Assembly: GCA_945860095.1 (NCBI GenBank)
Contig: CAMAPP010000001.1
Location: 3,741-67,740, forward strand
DNA from: Rhizobium sp. Q54
GTDB lineage: Bacteria > Pseudomonadota > Alphaproteobacteria > CADEGL01
DNA length: 64,000 bases
Direction: 5' to 3'
The notes under the pieces were generated by a model. That model was given only the letters and a program-made list of their open reading frames with translations, had not been told where the DNA came from and ran no database searches. Of this stretch, positions 8,054 through 17,080 are shown one piece after another (within the stretch, counting starts at the first letter, position 1; each line of letters begins with the position of its first letter). A program made the position numbers and the translations under genes.

Positions 8054-9864
8054 TGGCCGAGCTCGTCCTATACACGCGCGCCGACGCCGCCCGGGCCGCG
8101 GCCAGGAAACCGCCGGAGGTCTCGGCCGTGCTCGGCCTGACGCCGAATGCGCGCGCGGCGGCGGCGGGGCTTGGATTGCCCATGATCGATCCGATGACGC
8201 GCTACGGCGATGTGCGCCAGGCGCGCGACGTGGCGCGCGTCGTGCGCGTCCGGCGCCGGATGCTGAAGGCGCTCGGTCCCATAAGCGCCGTGGAGCGCGA
8301 ACTTCTCATCGACCAGTTCAACCGCGTCGCCTATTCGGCGCTGCGGCTTTGGCACACATTGGGCGAAACAGGCCCGTGGCTGGTACCCGCAGAGAGCGGC
8401 TCGTTCGCCCTAATTTCCGCGCGCGAGGCGGCGCATGGCTGCCTGCTGGCCCACATCCTCGACCCCAAGGTCGCCGCCGAGACCGAAGCGGCGGCGATCC
8501 GCACCCCGCCCTTGCCCGCGCTCTACCGCGCGCTTCGCCGCCTCGCGCTTTGGCGCCATCCATCGAGCGATGTCCGTCTGGCGCTCGGCATGGCCAAGGA
8601 GCAGTTCGGTCTGTTCGAGGCCTTCGCGCGCCAGGGCAAGGCCGCGCGCACCCTGTTCGTCGGCCTGCCGCAGCGCGGCGCGTGGGAGTACGTGAAGCTC
8701 GCGCGCGAGGCTTTGCGCAATCTCCGCGCGAAGGGCCTCGTGCAAGTGAGCTTGGCGCCGTCGCGCGCCGGCACGGATGGCGGTCTTGCGGCGCGTGCCG
8801 CGGACGCGGTGGCGGACCGGGCGATTTCACCGGCCTTCGCGCGTTACGTGCCGCTCGTCGCGGCGAAACTCGGATACTTGGCATCGGCGCGCCTGGATGC
8901 ACGACGCGTGTTCGCCCAGGCCCGGCCCCACGCCTTCACCGCGGCCGAGATTTCCACCTTCGGCAATTGGATCGTGGCCGAGGCGGCCGGCGAGGCCGGC
9001 GTGCCGCGCATGGTCATGAGCCGCAACGCCCACACCGCGCCCGACCGTCCGCTCGCACGCGATTCGGCCATCGGATACTTGCGCGCGCGCTATCCACGGG
9101 ACCTGGTGGACCAACCCCTGTTCTGGTCGCCGGCCGGCGCGCGGGCGGGGGAATGCGCCCGGCGCCCCGGCGAATGGCCACGCATTCGCCCGCTCGTCGC
9201 GCGGCGCCCGGCACAGGGCTCCCGGCCTCCGCGCGCGGCGCCGTCCGTGGAACGCGTCGTCCTGTTGGCCGACACCTATGCCGCCTGGTGGTTTCCGCAT
9301 TCCTGGATTTTCCTGACGGGCGACGAATTCGTGGCCGCGGCGCGGGAACTAGCCGCCGCGATCGCACCGCTGGCGCACACGCGCCTCGTCATTCGCGCCA
9401 AGAAAAAGCCCAAATGCGATTTGGCGGCATTGACCGCGCTCGTCGATCCCAAGGGCAATTGCGCGATCAATACGCGCGAAGTGCCGTTCGAGGAAGATTT
9501 GGCGCGGGCGGACCTGCTGGTCGCCTTTCATTCGACCACCATCGAGGAAACCCTGATCGCGCGAAAGCCGGTCCTGCTGTGGGGCGGAACGGCGCGCCAC
9601 GAATATCTTGCCGCGCGCGAGGTTCGGCCCACGGCGCAGGACCGCGGCGCCGTCTATGGCGTGCGCCGGCCAGGGGCGCTTGGCCCCATGATCGCGGCCG
9701 TGCTCGACGCCCACCACGGCCGCCCGCTGTCGGACGACGAAGCCGCCCCTTACGCCTGGCCGCGCGACACCATGAATGTCGGCGATCTGGCCGTGGAGAT
9801 CGTGAACCGGGCAAGCGCGGGCGTTCCCCCGCGAGAAAAGGAGGCCTCCCTTGCCGCACGGTGA
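8053..9864 (+). CDS. Hypothetical protein with a Capsule_synth-like (KpsS/KpsC-type) C-terminal domain; putative glycosyl/ulosonic-acid transferase
   Basis: WWFPHS and LLVAFHSTTIEETLIARKPVLLWGG resemble the YYPLHQEPE and VVTICGTAGFESAVLGRPVIAFG motifs of the KpsS-like gene at the window start. The start overlaps the ABC gene stop (TGATG). Confidence 0.45.
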   Translation: MAELVLYTRADAARAAARKPPEVSAVLGLTPNARAAAAGLGLPMIDPMTRYGDVRQARDVARVVRVRRRMLKALGPISAVERELLIDQFNRVAYSALRLWHTLGETGPWLVPAESGSFALISAREAAHGCLLAHILDPKVAAETEAAAIRTPPLPALYRALRRLALWRHPSSDVRLALGMAKEQFGLFEAFARQGKAARTLFVGLPQRGAWEYVKLAREALRNLRAKGLVQVSLAPSRAGTDGGLAARAADAVADRAISPAFARYVPLVAAKLGYLASARLDARRVFAQARPHAFTAAEISTFGNWIVAEAAGEAGVPRMVMSRNAHTAPDRPLARDSAIGYLRARYPRDLVDQPLFWSPAGARAGECARRPGEWPRIRPLVARRPAQGSRPPRAAPSVERVVLLADTYAAWWFPHSWIFLTGDEFVAAARELAAAIAPLAHTRLVIRAKKKPKCDLAALTALVDPKGNCAINTREVPFEEDLARADLLVAFHSTTIEETLIARKPVLLWGGTARHEYLAAREVRPTAQDRGAVYGVRRPGALGPMIAAVLDAHHGRPLSDDEAAPYAWPRDTMNVGDLAVEIVNRASAGVPPREKEASLAAR

Positions 9865-10858
9865 TAATTCCGCCCCACGCAAGCGCGTCGGCCTTCTCGG
9901 AATCGGCCAAGCGGGCCTGCAACATGCCCGCGCCGTAGCCGCATGCGGGCATTTGGTCGCAAGCGCCGCCGCGAGCGGAACCACCTCCCCGCGCCTCGAA
10001 GCCTTCCGCCGCGCGGCACCGGACGCAAAGATCGTCATCGGCATCGATGCCTTGCTGGCCGATGACAGCCTGGACGCGATCATCGCGGCATTGCCTTGGG
10101 ACGTGGGCCCGCGCCATCTCGACGATCTTTTGCGCCACCCCAAGCCCGTCTTGCTGGAAAAGCCGATCGCACTCGACGCCGCATCGATCGCACGTGCCCT
10201 TTGCGCGCCCGGCGCCAAGTCCAAGAACAAGATGGTCGGCTTCAACCGGCGGTTCTACGGCACGTCGGCGCGCATGCGGGCGCGCTTGGCCGAGGGCGGC
10301 CTCAAGGCCGTGCGTGTGACGATTTCCGAGGACTTAACCAGGCAGGAACGCGCGCATGGCGCGGCGGTTCTCGGCCATCTGATGGCGTTTTCCTCATCCC
10401 ACGCCCTCGACCTCGTCCGCCATCTGCTGGGCGAGCTCAAGATCGTCCGGCTTTACGGCCATGCCGAGCGCGACGTGCCGTTTCTATCCATCAACGGCTT
10501 GCTGGAGACGCGCGACGGCGTACCGGTGCTGTTGACCCTCAATGCCAGCGATCCGAGCCCGGCCGGCATTTCCTTCGTCTTCGCCGACCGCACGACCTGG
10601 AATCTGTCGCCCCTCGAAATGCTGGCGGTCTTCGACCGCTACGAGGTGGTCGAGCTGCGGCCCGGCTCGCAAATCCGGCGCTACATGCCGCATCTGCGGG
10701 ACATGCACGACGAAACGGCCGATTTCAAACCGGGCTTCGTCCAACAGATGGCGGCCTTTCTGGCGGGCGATTTCGGACCTGGCGCCACACCGGAGGATGC
10801 CTTGGCCGTGCAGACCATGATCGAAGCGATGGCGCGCGCGGCGCACCCCGGCGCATGA
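9851..10858 (+). CDS. Gfo/Idh/MocA family oxidoreductase
   Basis: The N-terminal Rossmann segment (VGLLGIGQAG...) and the EKP motif are present. Confidence 0.65.
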   Translation: MPHGDNSAPRKRVGLLGIGQAGLQHARAVAACGHLVASAAASGTTSPRLEAFRRAAPDAKIVIGIDALLADDSLDAIIAALPWDVGPRHLDDLLRHPKPVLLEKPIALDAASIARALCAPGAKSKNKMVGFNRRFYGTSARMRARLAEGGLKAVRVTISEDLTRQERAHGAAVLGHLMAFSSSHALDLVRHLLGELKIVRLYGHAERDVPFLSINGLLETRDGVPVLLTLNASDPSPAGISFVFADRTTWNLSPLEMLAVFDRYEVVELRPGSQIRRYMPHLRDMHDETADFKPGFVQQMAAFLAGDFGPGATPEDALAVQTMIEAMARAAHPGA

Positions 10859-10886
10859 TCCAGCCCCAGCGGAGAAGGAAACCCTC

Positions 10887-11864
10887 ATGACGGAACCGAC
10901 CGCCGTGCGCGGGCCCTCGGATTATCGCGATCCGCATCTCGAGCATCGCAAGGCGCAAGAGCGCGCGCATTTCGCCGCCGGCGATGCGAATACCGATCCC
11001 ATGTCCAGCTTGATCACCATCGAGCTGAACGTCACGGAATTGTGCAATCGCAAATGCGTGTTCTGTCCGCGGGTCGATCCGGCGATCTATCCAAATCAGA
11101 ATTTGAACATGGACCGCGCGATGGTCGACCGCGTGGCCGACGAAATGGTCCGCCTCGGCCTGCGCTCGCGCCTGTCCTTTTCGGGCTTCGGCGAGCCCCT
11201 GCTGCACAAGTCCTTCCCGGAGATCGTGCGCACCCTGCGCGCGCGCCTGCCCGAGAACACCATCGAGGTGAACACCAATGGCGACCGCCTGACAGCCGCG
11301 CGCATTCGCGAACTGTTCGCTGCGGGCCTCACCTATTTGTACATCAATCTTTACGATGGGCCCGAGCAAGCGGCGCATTTCGAGGCCATGGTGGCCGATG
11401 CCGGCGCGCCCGAGGGGCGCTGGAAATTGCGGCCGCACTGGGTTGGCGCCGAGAAGGATTTCGGCCTCACGCTCAACAACCGCTCCGGCATGGTGAATGC
11501 GCCCGAGGCGGGAATCGGCCCGCTGGCGACGGCGCTGTCGACGCGCTGCCACTACCCCTTCTACAAGATGCTCATCGATTGGAACGGCGACGTGATGTTC
11601 TGCTCCAACGACTGGGGCCGCGAGATCAAGATCGGCAATCTTGGCAGCCAAGGCCTCGACGAATTGTGGCTGGCGCAAAAGATGTTCGAGGTCCGCCGCC
11701 GCCTGATGACGGGCGATCGCGGTTTTTCGCCGTGCGCGAAATGCAGCGTGCACGGCACATTGTCGGGTGGGCCGAGCTTCCGCACCCTCGTGAGGCACTA
11801 TCTCGATCGGGGCGCGCTACCGGCCGCGGAACTGCCCGCGGATTTGGCCGATTTGAAGCGCTGA
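10887..11864 (+). CDS. Radical SAM protein with C-terminal SPASM/twitch-like Cys-rich domain
   Basis: Has the CNRKCVFC (CxxxCxxC) cluster, GFGEPLL and a C-terminal Cys cluster (CHYPFYKMLIDWNGDVMFCSNDW ... CAKCSVHG). The true start may instead be the internal Met (MSSLITIELNV...). Confidence 0.75.
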   Translation: MTEPTAVRGPSDYRDPHLEHRKAQERAHFAAGDANTDPMSSLITIELNVTELCNRKCVFCPRVDPAIYPNQNLNMDRAMVDRVADEMVRLGLRSRLSFSGFGEPLLHKSFPEIVRTLRARLPENTIEVNTNGDRLTAARIRELFAAGLTYLYINLYDGPEQAAHFEAMVADAGAPEGRWKLRPHWVGAEKDFGLTLNNRSGMVNAPEAGIGPLATALSTRCHYPFYKMLIDWNGDVMFCSNDWGREIKIGNLGSQGLDELWLAQKMFEVRRRLMTGDRGFSPCAKCSVHGTLSGGPSFRTLVRHYLDRGALPAAELPADLADLKR

Positions 11865-11914
11865 TCCCGCGCCGACGCGACGCAGCGAAGTCCGGCAAGG
11901 ATGCTCGATTCCTA

Positions 11915-12190
11915 ATGGCAATGACGGCGCCAACCTTACCCAGCACCGGCCCGATCGCCCCCCGCCTCGGCGGCGAGTTGCCGGCGGGCGCGGACGGCGC
12001 GCCCACTGCGCCGTGGGCGCTGCCGGCGGACGTGCTTGCCTTCAGCCATGACCGCGCGGCCCTGTCATGGCTTCATGCGGCGCGCGGTCCGTTCCGGAGC
12101 GCGCTGCATGAAGCCTATACCTGTCCGAGCGTGCCGGAGAATATTATCGAAATTAATACCCATGGTGATGTCGGATTAATCCATGACTGA
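11915..12190 (+). pseudogene. Truncated 5' remnant of a DegT-like aminotransferase gene (paralogue of 12998..14077)
   Basis: The product ...LAFSHDRAALSWLHAARGPFRSALHEAYTCPSVPE... aligns with ...LYFSHGRAALRWIVGARGPFAGALVCAYTWPTVPD... of the intact gene. The remnant has high GC and ends exactly at the start of the low-GC acetyltransferase gene. Confidence 0.45.
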
Positions 12191-12893
12191 CTATTTTGTT
12201 GTCGATAAAGACGTTGAAAATCTTCTGCCTCAAGATACGCTGGCCTTCGATGGGCGCGTGCGGATTGGCAGCCGCGCCAAAATATCGGTGGGCACTCGGA
12301 TCGAGCCTCCAGTCTTAGTCGCATCGGGCGCGCGCATTTTAGACGGAGTTTCGATCGGCAAGTATTCTTACGTCGGTCGCAATACCATCGTGACCCGCGC
12401 TGACATTGGGTGCTTCTGCAGCATCGCACATGATTGCCAAATTAATTATTTCCGCGGACACCCGATGGATTGGTTAAGTACTCATACATTTCAGTATGAT
12501 CGCGATAATTTTGCTTTTTGGAGCGGTTATTCCGGTTTTACAAAGCAGCATTTTGATGGCGATACCACTCAAGCAAAGGTTGTGATTGGCGCGGATGTTT
12601 GGCTCGGAGCTGGCGTGTATATATTCGGAGGCGTCACGATTGGTTCGGGTGCGATCATTGGTGCGCGCGCAATGGTTCAGCGCGACATACCTGCCTATGG
12701 CGTCGCGGTCGGGGCACCCGCCAAGGTCAAGAACTACAGGTTCGATCAAAAATTAATCGAAAAATTGCTCGCCATCGAATGGTGGACGCTTGATGAGTCA
12801 TTGCTGCGCGACTTGCCGTTTTACGACGTAAATCGCTGTCTGGAGTTGCTGGACGAGCGGACGTTAAATTCCAAGTCATCCCCTGGAATTTAG
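12183..12893 (+). CDS. Hexapeptide-repeat (left-handed beta-helix) acetyltransferase, Vat/CatB-like
   Basis: Imperfect hexapeptide repeats are present (IGADVWLGAGVYIFGGVTIGSGAIIGARAMV). The N-terminal 60 bp sampled is about 40% GC. Confidence 0.8.
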   Translation: MTDYFVVDKDVENLLPQDTLAFDGRVRIGSRAKISVGTRIEPPVLVASGARILDGVSIGKYSYVGRNTIVTRADIGCFCSIAHDCQINYFRGHPMDWLSTHTFQYDRDNFAFWSGYSGFTKQHFDGDTTQAKVVIGADVWLGAGVYIFGGVTIGSGAIIGARAMVQRDIPAYGVAVGAPAKVKNYRFDQKLIEKLLAIEWWTLDESLLRDLPFYDVNRCLELLDERTLNSKSSPGI

Positions 12894-12997
12894 TAGGAAG
12901 CACGTACCGGCGATGTTTAGAGACATGCCCCGCTCGGATCTCTGCGTGACGGAGGATATTTTCCGCCGCCCAATCCGTCTCCCGAACAGCGCGGCGC

Positions 12998-14077
12998 TTG
13001 ATGGCTGATTCTATGGATCGGACTGGCATCGAGGTCTCCTCCGCACCAGTTGGCGGGCATCGCCGCTTTGGCGGGACGATCCCTGTTGGCGCCGATGCCC
13101 TTCTCGCGACAGCCGCGCGGCTTGATCCGACATTACTCTATTTTTCGCATGGGCGTGCCGCGCTCCGTTGGATCGTCGGAGCGCGAGGACCATTCGCCGG
13201 TGCCTTGGTTTGCGCCTACACATGGCCGACAGTGCCCGATTTGCTCACTTCGCTTGGCCTCGAAGTGCGGACGTTTGACGTCGGTGATCCCGATCCGACA
13301 CGCCTCATTCCAGCCGGCAATACCCGTTGGCTGGTACTGGTGCCTGCGCTGTTCGGCGTCGAACCGTGGCTCGACTTGGGAGCATTGGCCCGCGCGCTGG
13401 GTTCTCGCGCCATGGTGGTGCTCGACGCCGCGCAGACGGCATTTGCGGCGATCGATCATGCCCCGCCTCCAGGCGGTGGCGTGTTTTCGTGCCTGCACAA
13501 ATGCACGGCGTTGGGTGATGGAGCCTTGTTAGCACTCGATCCGCCCCCGCGTTCAGATGAGCGACAGGCTCTCGAGCAAAGTCCGATGGCCATCGAATCG
13601 AGCAAAACAAGGCTTAAGGCGCGTATAGCCTTTGCGCGAGGTAACGAAGAGGGCGAGATTCAAGCGCTTGAACTGATAAGAGAAGCCGAGGCACTTTGGC
13701 CGTTAAACTTTTGCCGGATGACGGATGAATCCAAAAGCCTTTTGGCTTACCTTGATCGATCCGCGCACGGTACACGACGCCGCGCCAATGGTGCGCGGCT
13801 AACGAAGGCGCTTAACGGTCGCCTGCCATTTGCTTGGACGGGCGAGGGCGTGCCTTTCTGTCAGACAATACTCGTTGCCGCGCGTGCAACCCTGCTTCCA
13901 CGGTTACACGCGCGTCGAGTCTTTGCCTCCCCATTGTGGCCTGATGCCCACTGCGATGCCGGTCGTCACCCTCGGGCTGCGCGTTTTGCGCGCGAACTTA
14001 TAGCGCTGCCGTTAGACCAACGTTATGAGCCCGCCGACATGGACGCTCTTGCCGATCTCGTGCTCGATGCGTTGTGA
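12998..14077 (+). CDS. DegT/DnrJ/EryC1/StrS-family (sugar aminotransferase-like) protein, divergent
   Basis: The order of conserved blocks matches the DegT fold: FSHGRAAL, TWPTVPD, VVLDAAQT and GVFSCLHKCTALGDGA (candidate PLP lysine). Confidence 0.55.
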   Translation: MMADSMDRTGIEVSSAPVGGHRRFGGTIPVGADALLATAARLDPTLLYFSHGRAALRWIVGARGPFAGALVCAYTWPTVPDLLTSLGLEVRTFDVGDPDPTRLIPAGNTRWLVLVPALFGVEPWLDLGALARALGSRAMVVLDAAQTAFAAIDHAPPPGGGVFSCLHKCTALGDGALLALDPPPRSDERQALEQSPMAIESSKTRLKARIAFARGNEEGEIQALELIREAEALWPLNFCRMTDESKSLLAYLDRSAHGTRRRANGARLTKALNGRLPFAWTGEGVPFCQTILVAARATLLPRLHARRVFASPLWPDAHCDAGRHPRAARFARELIALPLDQRYEPADMDALADLVLDAL

Positions 14078-14088
14078 GTGGTGATGCG

Positions 14089-15030
14089 TCAATCTGGCGT
14101 GTGGCGGCGTCGCAGCATCAACTTAAGTCCTTGCTCAATTTCTATGGAAGCCTGGAAATCGAGCGCGCGCCGAGCATATTCGGTGTTGAGTGCAAAACGC
14201 AGCTGGGGTGGCCGATCCGTGGTGGTTTCACGCACAATGACGCGGCCGCGACCGGCAACGCAAACGCAGGCTTGCGCGATTTCCATTAAAGTTTGCGGTG
14301 CGCCGCTTGCCACATTGAAAGTCGCCCAGGCGCGTCGGTCGAGTGTCAATTTAACGGCGCGGGCTACGTCCGCGGCGTGCACAAGGTCGATGCAATCTTT
14401 GGCTGGTGGATCGATTAGAATTGTTTCGTCTTTAGCTGCTATTTCGAGCCATGTTGGTATGAGTTTTCCGGAAGCCATACCGGTTCCGTAGATCGATGAT
14501 GGCCGCAGTACGGCTAGATTCAAACCTTCCTGTCGCAGAGGCCACAAAGCGGCTTCCGCAAGTAGTTTGCTATGGCCGTATGCGCCGCCGGTTGCACCTT
14601 GCCAGGCCAGTTCGTCGTTCTCTGCTGGCCGACCACCCTCAGCAGCGGCATACACCGTTGCCCCGGATATAAAAATCATTGGTATGCCTCGAGCCAGCGC
14701 CCAGCCTCCGAGCGCCCAGGTGGCACGAATATTGGCATCGAACAGTGTTCGACAATCCATCGTCACGCCTGGCGCCCGGACCAAGGCCCCTGCATGGACC
14801 ACGGCTGTGGCGGCGGGGAACAACTCATCGAGCGCATCCGGCTCGCGCCATTCCTGGAGATCCCATATCTCCCAACTTGAGGCTTCACCTTGATCTGCCG
14901 GAACCTTGCGAGAAGCAGCCAGAACTTCCACGCGATCGCGTGCAAGCAAGGCCAGGATATGGCGCCCGAGAACGCCGGAGGCGCCGGTAAGGGCGATGCG
15001 GTGGGGCGGGCTGAGCGTGCCATGAGACAT
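14089..15030 (-). CDS. NAD-dependent epimerase/dehydratase family protein
   Basis: Has the N-terminal Rossmann motif IALTGASGVLG. It is the only reverse-strand gene in the glycan locus. Confidence 0.7.
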   Translation of the reverse strand: MSHGTLSPPHRIALTGASGVLGRHILALLARDRVEVLAASRKVPADQGEASSWEIWDLQEWREPDALDELFPAATAVVHAGALVRAPGVTMDCRTLFDANIRATWALGGWALARGIPMIFISGATVYAAAEGGRPAENDELAWQGATGGAYGHSKLLAEAALWPLRQEGLNLAVLRPSSIYGTGMASGKLIPTWLEIAAKDETILIDPPAKDCIDLVHAADVARAVKLTLDRRAWATFNVASGAPQTLMEIAQACVCVAGRGRVIVRETTTDRPPQLRFALNTEYARRALDFQASIEIEQGLKLMLRRRHTPD

Positions 15031-15080
15031 GGCATGATGGTGACGTGTGCGGCTGCTGTTATCAACGGATATTGGCTCTG
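15031..15080. promoter_or_regulatory. Short divergent intergenic region between the epimerase (-) and NeuC copy 1 (+); likely divergent promoters
   Basis: Inferred only from the divergent gene arrangement. Confidence 0.2.
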
Positions 15081-16244
15081 ATGCTTCGGGTATGCCTTGT
15101 CACTGGTTCGCGCGCCGAATATGGCCTGTTGCGCCCCGTTATTGCGGCCTTGAAGGCCGAGCAAGGTATGATCGTAAGTCTGGTCGTAACGGCGATGCAC
15201 TTGTCGCCCGAGTTTGGACTTAGCATTGGCGAGATCGAAGCGGACGGTCACCGCATCGATGCACGCGTCGAGATGCTGCTTTCCTCGGATTCCGGCGTTG
15301 GCGTCGCCAAGTCGATGGGGCTTGGCACGATCGGCCTTGCCGACGTTTTTGCCCGGATTGCACCGGACATCATCATTTTATTCGGCGACCGTTTTGAGAC
15401 GCTCGCAGCGGCACAGTCCGCGCTCGTCATGCGGATTCCGGTTGCGCACGTGTCCGGAGGCCATGTCACACATGGCGCATTCGACGATGCGATTCGACAT
15501 AGCATCACGAAAATGTCGCATATCCATTTCGCGACCACTGAAGAGGCGGGTTTGCGCATCCGGCAACTTGGTGAAGACACAGCCAACATTCATGTTGTCG
15601 GTGACCCGGGCATCGATGCAATTCGACTCACCAAGCGCCTGGCAAAGCCTGCCGTTGAGGAGCGGCTTGGCTTTCGTCTGCTTAGCCGAAATGTCCTCGT
15701 GACGTTCCATCCTGTCACGCTCGATCCGATTCCTTCAGTGCAGCAATTTGAAAATCTTCTAACTGCGCTGGATTCACTTGGGCCGAATATGGGCATCATT
15801 CTCACCAAGCCAAATGCCGATGTCGAAGGCCGCTCGCTCGGGGCCTTGGCGGAGGATTTTGCGGCCGGGCGCCCCAATGCCATCTGTCGCAGTTCACTCG
15901 GACACCTTCTTTATCTCAGCACCATGGCCGAGGTGGATGTCGTCATTGGGAATTCTTCAAGCGGTCTGCTGGAGGCTCCGTCGCTTGAAAAGCCGGCGGT
16001 CAATATCGGCATGCGGCAATCGGGCCGACCTAGGGCCGCTTCGGTAATCGACTGTCCAGCGGATGCGCGAGCCATCGGGGACGCAATACAGCGCGCCTTT
16101 AGGCTCGACTGCCGTGGCGTGGTAAATCCTTACGGTGACGGCCATGCGGCAGAGCGCATCCTAGCGGTATTGAAGATGACGCGCGATCCGCAGGCGCTGC
16201 TCTACAAACGCTTCCGCGACCTTCCTCCTACAAACTCCAGGTGA
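15081..16244 (+). CDS. UDP/GDP-N-acetylglucosamine 2-epimerase (hydrolysing), NeuC/LegG family, copy 1
   Basis: VTGSRAEYGLLRPV, HVSGGHVTHGAFDDAIRHSITKMSHIHF and GNSSSGLLEAPS are typical of NeuC. An alternative GTG start lies at 15045. Confidence 0.8.
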   Translation: MLRVCLVTGSRAEYGLLRPVIAALKAEQGMIVSLVVTAMHLSPEFGLSIGEIEADGHRIDARVEMLLSSDSGVGVAKSMGLGTIGLADVFARIAPDIIILFGDRFETLAAAQSALVMRIPVAHVSGGHVTHGAFDDAIRHSITKMSHIHFATTEEAGLRIRQLGEDTANIHVVGDPGIDAIRLTKRLAKPAVEERLGFRLLSRNVLVTFHPVTLDPIPSVQQFENLLTALDSLGPNMGIILTKPNADVEGRSLGALAEDFAAGRPNAICRSSLGHLLYLSTMAEVDVVIGNSSSGLLEAPSLEKPAVNIGMRQSGRPRAASVIDCPADARAIGDAIQRAFRLDCRGVVNPYGDGHAAERILAVLKMTRDPQALLYKRFRDLPPTNSR

Positions 16245-17080
16245 CGGTTGTGAGTAAAAACGCCGTCTACGCTCCATTGTTTGACCTGGCTGGCCGCCGC
16301 GCCATCATCACGGGTGCCTGTGGGACGCTCGGGCCTGCGTTCGCGGCGGCGCTTGCCGAAATGGGCGCCTCGGTCGTGGTTTCCGACATTGATGCGTCCA
16401 ATGCCGAGGCGCTGGCCGCCGAACTCGCACAGGCCCACGGTCGCCGCACGCTTGGGCTGTCCTGTGACGTTAGCAACGCGACCGCCGTCGATGAAATGAT
16501 CGAACGCGCAGTTCAAGCTTTCGGCGGCATCGACATCCTGGTCAACAATGCCCAAGCGGCCAACCCTAATCCCAGCCGCTATTTCGATCCGCTGGAACAT
16601 TATTCGTTCGAGGAGTGGCGGCGTCGGATGTCTGTCGACCTCGACGGCATGTTCCTGGTGGCTCAAGGCACTGCTCGGCGCATGGCGAAGCAAGATACCG
16701 GTGGCGCGATCGTGCAAATCGCTTCGATTTATGGCGCGCTCGGTCCCGACCAACGTATCTACGAGGGGGCGGGGTTTCGCGGCGCTCCGATCAATCTGCC
16801 GCCGGTCTATTCGGCCGCCAAGGGTGGAGTCATTGGGCTGACGCGTTGGCTTGCGACGTGGGGGGCCGACAAAGGCATCCGTGTTAATGCGCTGGTGCCT
16901 GGCGGCGTCGAAAGCGGTCAGAATGACGAGTTCGTGAAAAAATATAGCCAGCGTGTTCCGCTTGGCCGCATGGCGCGCCGCGAAGAGGTAGCGTCCTCGT
17001 TGTTGTGGCTTGTTTCGGATGCCGCAAGCTATGTTACAGGGCAGACGATCTTCGTCGATGGCGGATTGAGCGCGTGGTGA
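16241..17080 (+). CDS. SDR family oxidoreductase (PtmA-like)
   Basis: ITGACGTLG glycine-rich motif, NNAQ and the YSAAK catalytic motif are present. The GTG start overlaps the upstream stop. Confidence 0.8.
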   Translation: MTVVSKNAVYAPLFDLAGRRAIITGACGTLGPAFAAALAEMGASVVVSDIDASNAEALAAELAQAHGRRTLGLSCDVSNATAVDEMIERAVQAFGGIDILVNNAQAANPNPSRYFDPLEHYSFEEWRRRMSVDLDGMFLVAQGTARRMAKQDTGGAIVQIASIYGALGPDQRIYEGAGFRGAPINLPPVYSAAKGGVIGLTRWLATWGADKGIRVNALVPGGVESGQNDEFVKKYSQRVPLGRMARREEVASSLLWLVSDAASYVTGQTIFVDGGLSAW

